Below the pieces are notes generated by a model. The model saw nothing but the letters and a program-made list of their open reading frames with translations, was not told the origin of the DNA and did not search any database. Position numbers and translations under genes: made by a program. Shown in pieces: positions 27,580-36,857 of a stretch of 64,000 nucleotides of DNA; positions within the stretch are counted from its first letter, which is position 1, and every line of letters begins with the position of its first letter. Location of the stretch: contig JAFRHH010000010.1 in the NCBI GenBank assembly GCA_017433405.1, positions 464 through 64,463 of the forward strand, read 5' to 3'. Source of the stretch: Clostridia bacterium (GTDB taxonomy: Bacteria > Bacillota > Clostridia > Christensenellales > Aristaeellaceae).

Positions 27580-29430
27580 ATGGCCAGGAATCTCTTAATA
27601 ACCTCTCTGTACGCCGCGGGAAGCGACCTCCCGCTGCGTTATTATCAGATTCAGAAGGAATGCGGCACCCTTTACGTCGACGCGCTGCTGGATGTGGAGG
27701 CCGGGATCAAGGCCATGCTGGCCAGCCGCCACATTGATGAGATCGTCGTTCTCTGCGAAGAGGGGGCCTTTGATGAAAGGGACGATCTGAAATCCGCCCC
27801 CCTCCGGCTTGGAAGAAGCCTGTATGGCGAAAAGAATAGCGCGCTTTCAACCTACCGTCTGCTTCGGCGTCGCCTGTCCCGGTATGTGGACTGGGAATCG
27901 CCGGAGCTCAGGGAGGAGGAAGCGCTGCTGCCTGAAGAAACGAGAGAAAAGCTGGCCCGGTTTATTCAGGCGTTTCAGGAGAGCCGCCCCGAGCTGAAAG
28001 AGATCGAGCTCAACCGGCTCTTCAACGCCTTTTCCCGGAGCAATGAGACCTATACCGCCTTTGAGGACGCGCTTTATCAGGCGATGCCGGAGCTTTTCGA
28101 CCGCTCCGACGGCTGCCTCCGATGGGTCAGGGCCTGGCTCTACGATGCGCTGAAGCCCTCCTTCAAGCTGGCCCTTTCCCCCGCCAACGAGGAAACGGCC
28201 ATTCGCTTCCTCCCGGAGGCCAGCGTCGCGGAAGGCGGCCAGTGGGTGGAGCAAATGGTGTCCATGAAGAAAGCCATCGTAGAAGGCAACGAGGAGGTCA
28301 ATCTTTACGTCGTCCTGAGCAGCGACGACGCGGCGGATAACTTTTTCGTCATCAACCTGCTCGGCATCCTGACTTCCCTGCCGAAAGGCGGGGTTCGCCT
28401 GAAAGAGATCTATACCCTTCGTCCCCTCCAGCGGTGCATGGCGGGAATGATCAGGGATGATACCGAGGGCTTCAGCGCGACGGAGCTGTTCCACGCGATC
28501 CATGCCTTCCTGAATTACGGAAAGGCGGATCAGATCGTCAGGTTCCTCGAAAACAGCAAGGGCCACAGCGACGTCTTTTCCGGAATCGCCTATGCCATGC
28601 GCCATGTGGATGTCGGGCTTTCCATGTGCAACATTCCGGAGGTGGAGGACGGCATTCTCCGCCTGCGAAAGCTTTTCAGCGCTGAAAAGACCTGGCGGGA
28701 ATTCGGCTATTATGGGATGGTTTCCAGCCTGATCGCGGAAAGCATTCGGGAGGACTACGGTCCGCTCCTGGAGGGAGACGGCGATATCCCGTTCCTGGAA
28801 CTGGTCAAATGGGCCTACCGGCACCAGTTCTATCAGCAGACCCTGACCCTGATCGAGTCCAATGCCCCGGAAAACCTGGTGAATGCCGGCGTCTTCTATT
28901 ATTGCGGCAGCGAGGCGCAGAAGGAGCAGGTGATCCATCTGCTGGCGCTGCAGCGGCTGGAGCTTAAGCCCTATGAATACTATAAGATGGACGATATCAA
29001 CCATTATTTCATCAAAAACTACGACCGTGCGCGGGTCAAATACCTCAGCGGCCGCAACGATGATCAGCAGAAGGTGTACGCGGAGCTGCGGGTGAGCTCC
29101 GTCATGAACACGGATCCGGAGCTCATCACGGGGCTCACCGCCTGCGACAGCATGGACACCCTTCAGAATGTGCTGTACGCTTACTACCATCTCAGCGACG
29201 TGCGCAACAAGATCAGCCACGCCGATACCGGCGTGCTGGAGGGAAACCGGCTGATGGTCCGGGACAGCGATGAAAGCACCGCCCTGCTGACCGTGAAGGA
29301 CAGTATCGATTTCTTTATTGCCAGCTATGAAAAGGCGATGGCGGAAGTGAAGGACAAAGACCCGCAGATCGTCCGCATTACCCGGGAAGAAGTCAAATTC
29401 GCCGCAAATCAGTTGAAATCCAATGTGTAA
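27580..29430 (+). CDS. Stand-alone CARF-HEPN protein (Csx1/TM1812-like)
   Basis: Start MARNLLITSL after GGAGG. CARF-like N-terminus, TM1812-type segment ELFHAIHAFLNYGKAD, and C-terminal HEPN R-X4-H motif RNKISH. Confidence 0.75.
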   Translation: MARNLLITSLYAAGSDLPLRYYQIQKECGTLYVDALLDVEAGIKAMLASRHIDEIVVLCEEGAFDERDDLKSAPLRLGRSLYGEKNSALSTYRLLRRRLSRYVDWESPELREEEALLPEETREKLARFIQAFQESRPELKEIELNRLFNAFSRSNETYTAFEDALYQAMPELFDRSDGCLRWVRAWLYDALKPSFKLALSPANEETAIRFLPEASVAEGGQWVEQMVSMKKAIVEGNEEVNLYVVLSSDDAADNFFVINLLGILTSLPKGGVRLKEIYTLRPLQRCMAGMIRDDTEGFSATELFHAIHAFLNYGKADQIVRFLENSKGHSDVFSGIAYAMRHVDVGLSMCNIPEVEDGILRLRKLFSAEKTWREFGYYGMVSSLIAESIREDYGPLLEGDGDIPFLELVKWAYRHQFYQQTLTLIESNAPENLVNAGVFYYCGSEAQKEQVIHLLALQRLELKPYEYYKMDDINHYFIKNYDRARVKYLSGRNDDQQKVYAELRVSSVMNTDPELITGLTACDSMDTLQNVLYAYYHLSDVRNKISHADTGVLEGNRLMVRDSDESTALLTVKDSIDFFIASYEKAMAEVKDKDPQIVRITREEVKFAANQLKSNV

Positions 29431-29471
29431 CGCAGGGGGGACGGTTCTGGCAGAACCGTCCCCTCTCTGCG
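29431..29471. repeat. REP-like palindrome between convergent genes (possible bidirectional terminator)
   Basis: GGGGACGGTTCTG-G-CAGAACCGTCCCC with outer CGCAG/CTGCG arms. Confidence 0.75.
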
Positions 29472-29478
29472 TGCAGCT

Positions 29479-30651
29479 TTACAGGCGGGCGACGCCGCTG
29501 TCCCGGGCCGCCTGAGCCACGGCCTTCGCCACCGCGGGGCCGACCCGGGGATCGAAGGCCGCCGGCAGGATATACCGGTCGCTCAGCTCCTCCTCCGCCA
29601 CCAGCTCCGCAAGCGCGTGGGAAGCCGCCAGCTTCTTGGCCTGATTGATGTCCCTGGCCCGAACGTCCAGGGCGCCCCGGACCAGGCCCGGGAAAACCAG
29701 CACGTTGTTGATCTGGTTGGGATGATCGCTCCGGCCGGTTCCGACCACGGCGGCGCCGGCCGCCAGCGCGTCCTCCGGCTCAATCTCCGGCACCGGGTTG
29801 GCCATGGGGAACACAACTGCGCCCTTCGCCATGGAGGCGATCATGTCCCTGGAAACGATATGCGGCGCGCTGACCCCGATGAAGGCGTCTGCGCCCCGAA
29901 GGGCATCCGCCAGGCTGCCGGAGAACTTCTCCGGATTGGTGACGGCCGCCATCTCCGCCTGGACGGGGTTCATCTCTGTTCCCTCGCAGAGAATGCCGCA
30001 GCGATCCACCATCTTCAGATGCCGGACCCCCAGATCCATCAGGTGCCGCCCGATGGCAATCCCGGCGCTGCCCGCGCCGTTGATCACAACGCGAACCTCC
30101 CCGATCTCCTTCCTAACGACCCGCAGGGCGTTGATCAGCGCCGCGCCGACCACGATGGCCGTCCCGTGCTGGTCGTCGTGGAAGATCGGAATATCGCAGA
30201 TTTCCTTCAGCTTCCGCTCGATTTCGAAGCAGCGGGGCGCCGCGATATCCTCCAGGTTAATCCCCCCGAAGCTGCCGGAAATCAGATAGATCGTCCGGAC
30301 GATCTCGTCCACATCCTTGCTTCGGACGCAGATCGGGAAGGCGTCCACATCGCCGAAGGCCTTGAACAGGGCGCACTTCCCCTCCATGACCGGCATGCCG
30401 GCCTCCGGGCCGATGTCCCCCAGCCCCAGCACCGCCGTGCCGTCGGTGATGACCGCGACCAGATTGCTCCGCCGGGTCAGCGTAAAGGATTTGTCGTAAT
30501 CCTTCTGGATTTCCAGACAGGGCTGGGCGACCCCCGGGGTGTAGGCCAGGGACATGTCTTCCCTGTTCCTGACGGGAACCCGGGAAATCACCTCAATTTT
30601 CCCCTTCCATTCGCCGTGCAGGCGCAGCGATTCCTCCGCGTAATTCACCAT
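29479..30651 (-). CDS. NAD(P)-dependent malic enzyme
   Basis: LAYTPGVA, DGTAVLGLG, MEGK, FHDDQHGT, GAGSAG, NQINNVL. Confidence 0.95.
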   Translation of the reverse strand: MVNYAEESLRLHGEWKGKIEVISRVPVRNREDMSLAYTPGVAQPCLEIQKDYDKSFTLTRRSNLVAVITDGTAVLGLGDIGPEAGMPVMEGKCALFKAFGDVDAFPICVRSKDVDEIVRTIYLISGSFGGINLEDIAAPRCFEIERKLKEICDIPIFHDDQHGTAIVVGAALINALRVVRKEIGEVRVVINGAGSAGIAIGRHLMDLGVRHLKMVDRCGILCEGTEMNPVQAEMAAVTNPEKFSGSLADALRGADAFIGVSAPHIVSRDMIASMAKGAVVFPMANPVPEIEPEDALAAGAAVVGTGRSDHPNQINNVLVFPGLVRGALDVRARDINQAKKLAASHALAELVAEEELSDRYILPAAFDPRVGPAVAKAVAQAARDSGVARL

Positions 30652-30736
30652 GAACCCCTTCCTTTCCTTTTTGCGTCCAATGCCCTTTATTGTAACGGGA
30701 AAAGCCGGGCAAAACAAGCCGCCCCATCCTCTTCTT

Positions 30737-31498
30737 CTATGCCTCCCGGGCCATCCGCCGCTTCATGAGTTCCAGGGATTCCGGGGAGCCGCTGGTTTCA
30801 AAAATAACCTCCCCGGGGCCATCCTCGTTCAGCAGGTCTTCCCGCGCCAGCACCCGGCGCAGCTGCCGGGCGGTTCCCTCGCTGCCCTCGGTGATGGCGA
30901 TGTGCTCCGGGAGCATCGCCCGGATCATGGGCTTCAGGAAGACATAGTGGGTGCAGCCCAGCACCACCGCGTCCACCCGGTCCAGATCCTTCCGGCCCAG
31001 CAGCAGCCTCTCCAGATAGGCCCGGGCGCCCTCGTCGTCCTCCCCTTCCACCAGCTCCATCAGCCCGGGGCAGGGCACCTTCTCCGCCCCCCGCCCGTAG
31101 AGGGCCATCAGCCGCTCAAACTTCTCCTGCTTCAATGTCAGCGGCGTCGCGAGAACCAGAATCTTCCCGTCGTGGCGCAGCTCTGAGGCCGGCTTGAGGG
31201 CCGGCTCCATGCCGATGACGGGAATGGTCAGCTCGCTTCGGAGCACCGCGGCCGCCGCCCCCGTCGCCGTGTTGCAGGCGATGACCAGAGCCTTGATCCG
31301 CCGCTCCAGCAGATGCTGAACCACCTTCCGGACGCAGAAAATGACCTCCTCCGTGCGCTTCGTTCCGTAGGGAGCGTTCGCCACATCCCCGTAAAAAAGA
31401 AAGCGTTCCTTCGGCAGGATGCGCACCATGGACTGCAGGGTGCTGATGCCCCCAATCCCGCTGTCGAACACCCCGATCGGATCCTGCCTTGCGCTCAT
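30737..31498 (-). CDS. murI: Glutamate racemase
   Basis: FDSGIGG, PYGTK, IACNTAT, LGCTHY. Confidence 0.96.
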   Translation of the reverse strand: MSARQDPIGVFDSGIGGISTLQSMVRILPKERFLFYGDVANAPYGTKRTEEVIFCVRKVVQHLLERRIKALVIACNTATGAAAAVLRSELTIPVIGMEPALKPASELRHDGKILVLATPLTLKQEKFERLMALYGRGAEKVPCPGLMELVEGEDDEGARAYLERLLLGRKDLDRVDAVVLGCTHYVFLKPMIRAMLPEHIAITEGSEGTARQLRRVLAREDLLNEDGPGEVIFETSGSPESLELMKRRMAREA

Positions 31499-31684
31499 GC
31501 TCTTCCTTCTTTCGTTCGTTTCAAAACGTGTCTGGTTATTTTACCAAATTCGTCCCCTTCTGTAAACCGGCCCACGAAACAGCCGGCAGCTTCGCAAAGA
31601 TCACCTTGCCGCCATGGCCGCCGCTATAGTATAATCAAGCCGGCCGCGGACGATCCCGTGCGCGATCCCAGTCGTCTGCATGTG

Positions 31685-31744
31685 CGGTGCCAAAATCGTC
31701 ATCCGGACAGCATGGCAGACGTGAACTGCCGTTCACAGAGGAGG
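31685..31744 (+). repeat. Dispersed repeat copy R8 (opposite orientation; supplies the RBS of the DUF951 gene)
   Basis: caaaatcgtcatccggacagcatggcagacgtgaactgccgttcacagaggagg. Confidence 0.9.
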
Positions 31745-31749
31745 ACTCC

Positions 31750-31971
31750 ATGGCAGAACCCATCGAGATCGGAGACATCATCGCCTCCCGGAAGAACCAC
31801 CCCTGCGGGGGCAGCCGGTGGACCGTTCTCCGGACGGGGGCGGACATCAAAATCCGCTGCGAAACCTGCGGCCGCGTCGTCCTGATGGACCGGGAGACCT
31901 TTCTGCGGCAGCGGAAGGCGGTGGTCGGGCGGGACGCGTCGCTTGCCAATAAATCCGGGAATATGGTATAA
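31750..31971 (+). CDS. DUF951 family protein
   Basis: KNHPCGG..W...RTGADIKIRCETCGR pattern. Confidence 0.88.
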   Translation: MAEPIEIGDIIASRKNHPCGGSRWTVLRTGADIKIRCETCGRVVLMDRETFLRQRKAVVGRDASLANKSGNMV

Positions 31972-32147
31972 TTCAGCAGTGCTTCGGTTTTGGGAAGAAG
32001 TGTTTTCTTTCGGGAAGCGTTTGCTTTCTGCACGCGTTTTCTTCAGGGAAGTGTTTTATGATTTGGAAAAGCGCTTTCCTTCCGGAGAACGTTGATTCCC
32101 CGGAGCGGTGATTTCATGATCTGAACAGAAAGAAGGCCGGTGATTTC

Positions 32148-33677
32148 GTGCGAAAGTCTGTTTTTGGACTGCTTCTGGCTGCGCTGCTTTTGTGCCTGGC
32201 GCAGGCCTTTGCCGATACGACGGTTCAGATGGAGCCCGTTTCCGGCGCCGTCACCTTTAACGACAACTATATTGTCCTGACGCCCGCCACCCTCTCGGAG
32301 CACCAGGAGCTTCTCTCCGACCGGGGCCAGACCCTGGCCGAGGCGGAGGCGGACTGGGCGGCCCGCGGGGTGCTGGCCCAGGCCTGGCTGACGGACCGGA
32401 CGGTCTGCGTCGAGGTGACCGCCGTGCAGGACGAGGAGGCCAGGCAGTATTTCGACCTGGATCAGCAGACCTCCAGGGTTCGAAGCGAATACCGCTCCAT
32501 GCACCTGAAGGACCCCCGGTTCAACAGCGATACCTATGACGTGAAGACGGCGGACTGGAAGCTCCAGGCCCATGGCGGCCGCTTCCTGATCCTGAAATAC
32601 AAGGCGATCCGGAACGGCGTTTTCCGCTGGGGCTACGCCCGGAAAACCGTCCGAAACGGCTATACCATTACCCTGGATTATCAGGTCAACCAGGATCGGG
32701 CGCTGCGGGAGACGGACGCCCGGGCGCTGAACGTGATCGCCAATTCCGTCACCTTTACGGTGACCGGCGAGGCCATTACCGAGTCCTCCGCCCTCGTGCA
32801 TTTCACGGCCGAGCCCCCGACCGAAACCAACAGCGATACCTTTACGGTGACCGGAAACTGCGCCCCCGGCGCCCACATCATCAGCGTTCTGATGCGCATG
32901 TCCTCGAGCACCGTGGTGCGGCTGGATACGGACGCCAACAAGAAGGGCGATTTCAAGATCAAGGTGAAGCTGCCGGAAGAGGGCGTCTGGGTTATGTCCA
33001 TGACCTTTGACGTCGGGGAGACCACGGTGGCCGAGCACGCCTTCCCCACCACCACCTACAGCAAAAACCTGCTGCCCGTTTCGCTGGATCAGCCGATCCC
33101 CTCGGAGATCACGGAGGATGAGCTGGTGATCAGCGGCGTGACCGCCAAGGGGATCACCGTCCAGTGCATCGTCAACAACGGCTCCGTCAACTATACCAAG
33201 CAGATCCGGACCAACGGCTCCGGCAAGTTTACCTTCAAGGTGCCGACCGCCATCGAGGGAACCTACGATATCGTGCTGGCCTTCTCGAAGAAGGGGCTCA
33301 ACGACCGGCGCTTCACCTATACCGCCGCCCGGGCCATTACGGAGCAGGATATCCGGACCCGTGAAAAGTCCGACGCCATCAAGCCCGCCTACAGCGTGCT
33401 GACGAAGAAGATCGCCGGATATGTGGGCAAGACCATGACCTATAACGTCTATATCACGGAAGTGAATCAGCTGGGCGAGGAATGGATCATTCAGGCCGCC
33501 ATGAAGAGCGGCGCCAAGGGCTACAGCAATCTGATCGTCATCGTGGCCAAAGATGACCCGGGCTTTGAAATCGGCAGCCAGCACCGGTTTTACGGCACCT
33601 GTACCGGAACCTATCAGATCCAGTCCGAGGAAGGGGCCGACGGCCTTCCCTCCTTCGATCTCCTCTTCTGGGAATAA
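32148..33677 (+). CDS. Secreted hypothetical protein with probable Ig-like beta-rich domains
   Basis: Signal peptide; Thr/Val-rich beta repeats (FTVTGNC..., LVISGVT...); host-like codon usage. Confidence 0.8.
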   Translation: MRKSVFGLLLAALLLCLAQAFADTTVQMEPVSGAVTFNDNYIVLTPATLSEHQELLSDRGQTLAEAEADWAARGVLAQAWLTDRTVCVEVTAVQDEEARQYFDLDQQTSRVRSEYRSMHLKDPRFNSDTYDVKTADWKLQAHGGRFLILKYKAIRNGVFRWGYARKTVRNGYTITLDYQVNQDRALRETDARALNVIANSVTFTVTGEAITESSALVHFTAEPPTETNSDTFTVTGNCAPGAHIISVLMRMSSSTVVRLDTDANKKGDFKIKVKLPEEGVWVMSMTFDVGETTVAEHAFPTTTYSKNLLPVSLDQPIPSEITEDELVISGVTAKGITVQCIVNNGSVNYTKQIRTNGSGKFTFKVPTAIEGTYDIVLAFSKKGLNDRRFTYTAARAITEQDIRTREKSDAIKPAYSVLTKKIAGYVGKTMTYNVYITEVNQLGEEWIIQAAMKSGAKGYSNLIVIVAKDDPGFEIGSQHRFYGTCTGTYQIQSEEGADGLPSFDLLFWE

Positions 33678-33706
33678 GGTCCGCGTTTGCCGAATCATCG
33701 TCATCA

Positions 33707-33744
33707 ATAGGGTAGAAGGAGGGCGTTAGCCCTCGCCCCTCCCA
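33707..33744 (-). mobile_element. Group IIC intron 3'-end remnant (domain VI only)
   Basis: Minus strand GGGAGGGGCGAGGGC-TAAC-GCCCTCCTTCT-A-CCCTAT: DVI stem-loop with bulged A ending in AT. No intact DV or RT gene. Confidence 0.6.
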
Positions 33745-33799
33745 TTGCACTTATTCCGACTTTCTAAATCATCCGGATTTCTTGTGCGAGGGAAAAAAC

Positions 33800-34669
33800 A
33801 TGCGAAGAATTACAGCAATTTTGATCAGCCTGATGGTTTTGGTGCTTCTGTGGGAATGCAGCGCGGCAGATCCCGCGTTCCGCTATGAGCTGGCGGAAGT
33901 ACACCCGGTTGCGGGCCGACAGGGAATCTGCACTGAAGCGGGATATTACTGGGTCAGCGGGTCTGGAACGCTGACAAAATACGACGCGGACTGGAATCTT
34001 GTGGCGGAGAATACGGAGCCCTTTGATGGCTACACATTTGAGGTGAACCACATCGGAGACATCGATGTCTACCGTAACGAGCTGTATCTGGGCGTAGAAT
34101 ACTTTATGGACGGAGAGGGGAAGAACATCCAGATTGCCGTCTATGACGGCGACACGCTGAAGCTCAAACGGGTTTTTCCCTTCCGCTCCGATACCGGCCA
34201 GATGGAATGCAGCGGGATCGCTGTTGATCCCGATTCCCGTACAGTCTATATGACCTCCTGGATCGATGATGAATCCAGTGAGTATCTCTATATGTATGAC
34301 CTTGATACAGGGGATTACATGGGAAGAATGAAGCTAAACCCAAGCCCCAAATGGCTGCAGGGCATTGCCTGCCATGACGGGCATCTGTATCTGACGAGCG
34401 ATGACGGGGACGCCGATGAACTCGCGCCGGATCATATGTACAGGGTCGATCCCTCGCAAAGCAGGGAGACGGGAACCGTCCAGCTTGAAAAGACATTCGA
34501 TGATGTGATGATGCAGGGAGAAATCGAAGGCCTTACGTTTGACGAGGAGCGCGGACAATTCCTTCTTCTGTATAACAGGGGGGCGAGAATCGTTGCAGGA
34601 ATGCCTGCAGGGTTTTATGAAGGGTACAGCGAAGAGATCCACGAGGTTTACGTTTATGATATTCATTGA
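33800..34669 (+). CDS. Secreted hypothetical protein (probable beta-propeller), lower GC than flanks
   Basis: Signal peptide; blade-like repeats (QGICT, HIGDID, SGIAVD, QGIACH, EGLTFD). Confidence 0.8.
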   Translation: MRRITAILISLMVLVLLWECSAADPAFRYELAEVHPVAGRQGICTEAGYYWVSGSGTLTKYDADWNLVAENTEPFDGYTFEVNHIGDIDVYRNELYLGVEYFMDGEGKNIQIAVYDGDTLKLKRVFPFRSDTGQMECSGIAVDPDSRTVYMTSWIDDESSEYLYMYDLDTGDYMGRMKLNPSPKWLQGIACHDGHLYLTSDDGDADELAPDHMYRVDPSQSRETGTVQLEKTFDDVMMQGEIEGLTFDEERGQFLLLYNRGARIVAGMPAGFYEGYSEEIHEVYVYDIH

Positions 34670-34828
34670 TCAGCGCAGACGATGACCGCCTGACTCCATA
34701 AGCGCGGTGGCCTATGAAGAATGCATCTCGTGGAACATTGCGTTCTTCTTTACGGTTCTGGGCGTTTCTCTTTCAGTTTTATTCTGTTATGCTCCCAGGG
34801 CTGTAACATGACTCCGCAGCCCTTCCGT

Positions 34829-35452
34829 TTATTTTTCCGCGGAAGGGCACAGCTCCCGCAGGGGACATTCGCCGCACAGGGGCCGCTGAGCCCTGCAGAT
34901 CCGCCTGCCGTGCCAGATCAGCCAGTGATGCGCCTGTCCCCACTTTTCCCGGGGGATCAGCTTCGTCATCTGCCGCTCCGTTTCCTCCACCGTGTCCGCC
35001 CGGCAAAGGCCCAGCCGGTTGCTGACCCGGAACACGTGGGTGTCCACCGCGAAGGCCGGAATACCGAAGGCATTGGACAAAACGACGTTGGCCGTCTTCC
35101 TGCCCACCCCCGCCAGCCGCGTCAGCTCCTCCATCGTCCGGGGCACCTCCCCGCCGAACTCATCCCGGATCATCCGGCAGGCGGCAATAATATTCCCGGC
35201 CTTGGACTTAAAGCCGCAGCTCTTCACCATGGGAAAGAGCTCCTCTTCCGTGGCCTCCGCCATGGCGGCCACATCCGGATACCGGGCAAAAACCGCCGGC
35301 GTCACCCGGTTCACCTGCCTGTCCGTGCACTGGGCTGACAGGATCGTCGCCACCATCATCTCGTAGGGATTGCTGAAAACCAGCTCGGCTTTCGCCTCCG
35401 GATAGGTTTCCTCCAGCTTCGCGAGAATCTGTTTTTTCGTTTCCCGGTTCAT
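34829..35452 (-). CDS. nth: Endonuclease III
   Basis: LSAQCTD, HhH motif GVGRKTA, VDTHV, C-terminal C-X6-C-X2-C-X5-C iron-sulfur motif. Confidence 0.96.
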   Translation of the reverse strand: MNRETKKQILAKLEETYPEAKAELVFSNPYEMMVATILSAQCTDRQVNRVTPAVFARYPDVAAMAEATEEELFPMVKSCGFKSKAGNIIAACRMIRDEFGGEVPRTMEELTRLAGVGRKTANVVLSNAFGIPAFAVDTHVFRVSNRLGLCRADTVEETERQMTKLIPREKWGQAHHWLIWHGRRICRAQRPLCGECPLRELCPSAEK

Positions 35453-35488
35453 GCTCTTCCTGCTCTTCCTGTTCTTCCTGTTCTTCCT
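35453..35488 (-). repeat. Four 9-bp tandem repeats spanning the nth RBS
   Basis: (AGGAAGAAC)2(AGGAAGAGC)2 directly before the ATG. Confidence 0.85.
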
Positions 35489-35556
35489 GCGATTGCGGTT
35501 ATTTTTCCCGTTTTCGTCTAATCCTGTTCCCTGATCGATGGAATCTCACTTCGGGC

Positions 35557-36618
35557 TTATACATGTGTCGTTTCAGCCGGCAAATCCTTTTCCGGCTCTT
35601 TCGCGTTGGGCGTGGAAAGAACCACCTCTTCCTTAAACAGGAGCGTCAGCTCCTCCCGGGCTGCGGCCTTGGATTTGCTCAGCCCCTCGAGCTCTTCCAT
35701 CAGCTTCGCCGGATCTTCCGCCCCCGTCAGGTTCGCCCGATAAACCGCCACCTGGTAGGTCACCTCCGGCCGGAAGGCCTTCGGAAGCGCGGATTCGATG
35801 ACGCAGACCGTCTCCTCCTCCGAAAGCTCCGGATGCGCCTCCAGAACATGGGCCTTCAGCGCCCGGTTCCGGCTGAGCCGCTCCCCGGCGGTATAGGAGG
35901 CGCTCAGGGAGGTCGTATTATAGCTGTTCACCGCGTACCAGCCGACCGCCCCGGCGCCAATCACAAACAGCGCCACCAGTACCGCGATATGCTGCCGGGT
36001 AAAGCGCAGCTGCTCCCCGCCGGAGAGGGCATAGCCCAGCCTTTTGAAGGGGGGCAGCAGCCCCCGGAACACCACGACCAGCACCACCGTTTCGACGGGA
36101 AACAGCGCCAGATTCTTCAGCACCCGGATCATCGCGATATTGTAGTCCTTCCCCAGCATCACGCTGTAATACCAGACGTGAATCGGATAGGACAGCAGCA
36201 CGTTGACGAAGAAGCAGACGGCGAAGCGGCACAGCAGCAGCCGGGGAACCGTGATCTCCGCCCGGTACAGAAACAGGGCGAAGACGAAGCTGCCGGCCAT
36301 CTCCGTAATCATATAGGCCGGAAAATATGCCCCGCTGGGAAACAGCAGATACCCCAGGGTATCGGACAGCGCTCCGCTGAGCAGCGCCACAACGGGCCCG
36401 TAGATCATCGAACCGAAGGCGTTGACGATGAACCCGATTCCCTCCTTGAGATCCCCGAAGATCGGAATGCTCAGGGGCTTGACCGCGACGCGCAGTGCCA
36501 GAATCAGCGCCGCAAACACCAGCATCCGGGGGTTTTTCATCTCCCCCAGGGCCAGCTGCCAGTATTCCCGGCAAAAGGGTGTCTTAAACAGTTTTGTGCT
36601 TTGTGCCTTTTTCTGCAT
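35557..36618 (-). CDS. folT: Folate ECF transporter S component with a C-terminal extension
   Basis: FolT-like N-terminal half (YGPVVALLSGALSD, YFPAYMIT); THF riboswitch upstream. Confidence 0.85.
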   Translation of the reverse strand: MQKKAQSTKLFKTPFCREYWQLALGEMKNPRMLVFAALILALRVAVKPLSIPIFGDLKEGIGFIVNAFGSMIYGPVVALLSGALSDTLGYLLFPSGAYFPAYMITEMAGSFVFALFLYRAEITVPRLLLCRFAVCFFVNVLLSYPIHVWYYSVMLGKDYNIAMIRVLKNLALFPVETVVLVVVFRGLLPPFKRLGYALSGGEQLRFTRQHIAVLVALFVIGAGAVGWYAVNSYNTTSLSASYTAGERLSRNRALKAHVLEAHPELSEEETVCVIESALPKAFRPEVTYQVAVYRANLTGAEDPAKLMEELEGLSKSKAAAREELTLLFKEEVVLSTPNAKEPEKDLPAETTHV

Positions 36619-36688
36619 GGAAAAAGCCTCCCCTCATCACATCAGAAAACAAGTTCTCCGTGATTCGCAGAGGCTTTCCTGCCAGCAA

Positions 36689-36785
36689 GCAGCGGGATGC
36701 GCGTATTCCGCCGCGCGGAAGATTCCGCTTCGTCTCATGGCAACTCCCCGTCCATGAGCACTTAACGTGGAATACACTACTCTGC
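36689..36785 (-). promoter_or_regulatory. THF (tetrahydrofolate) riboswitch
   Basis: GCAGAGTAG...CGTTAAGTGC...GGACGGGGAGTTGCC...ACGAA...GCGG...GCATCCCGCTGC matches the THF aptamer pattern; lies upstream of folT. Confidence 0.92.
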
Positions 36786-36857
36786 TCTGTCGAATCAAGC
36801 TATGAAGCTGCTGGTTCGTCTCGCGCCTGCCAGGGAATTCAGCCAGGCCGGGCGTTC

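Noticed and set aside
27140-29480. Possible CRISPR array near the CARF-HEPN gene
   Set aside because: No regularly spaced direct repeats with unique spacers here or elsewhere in the window.
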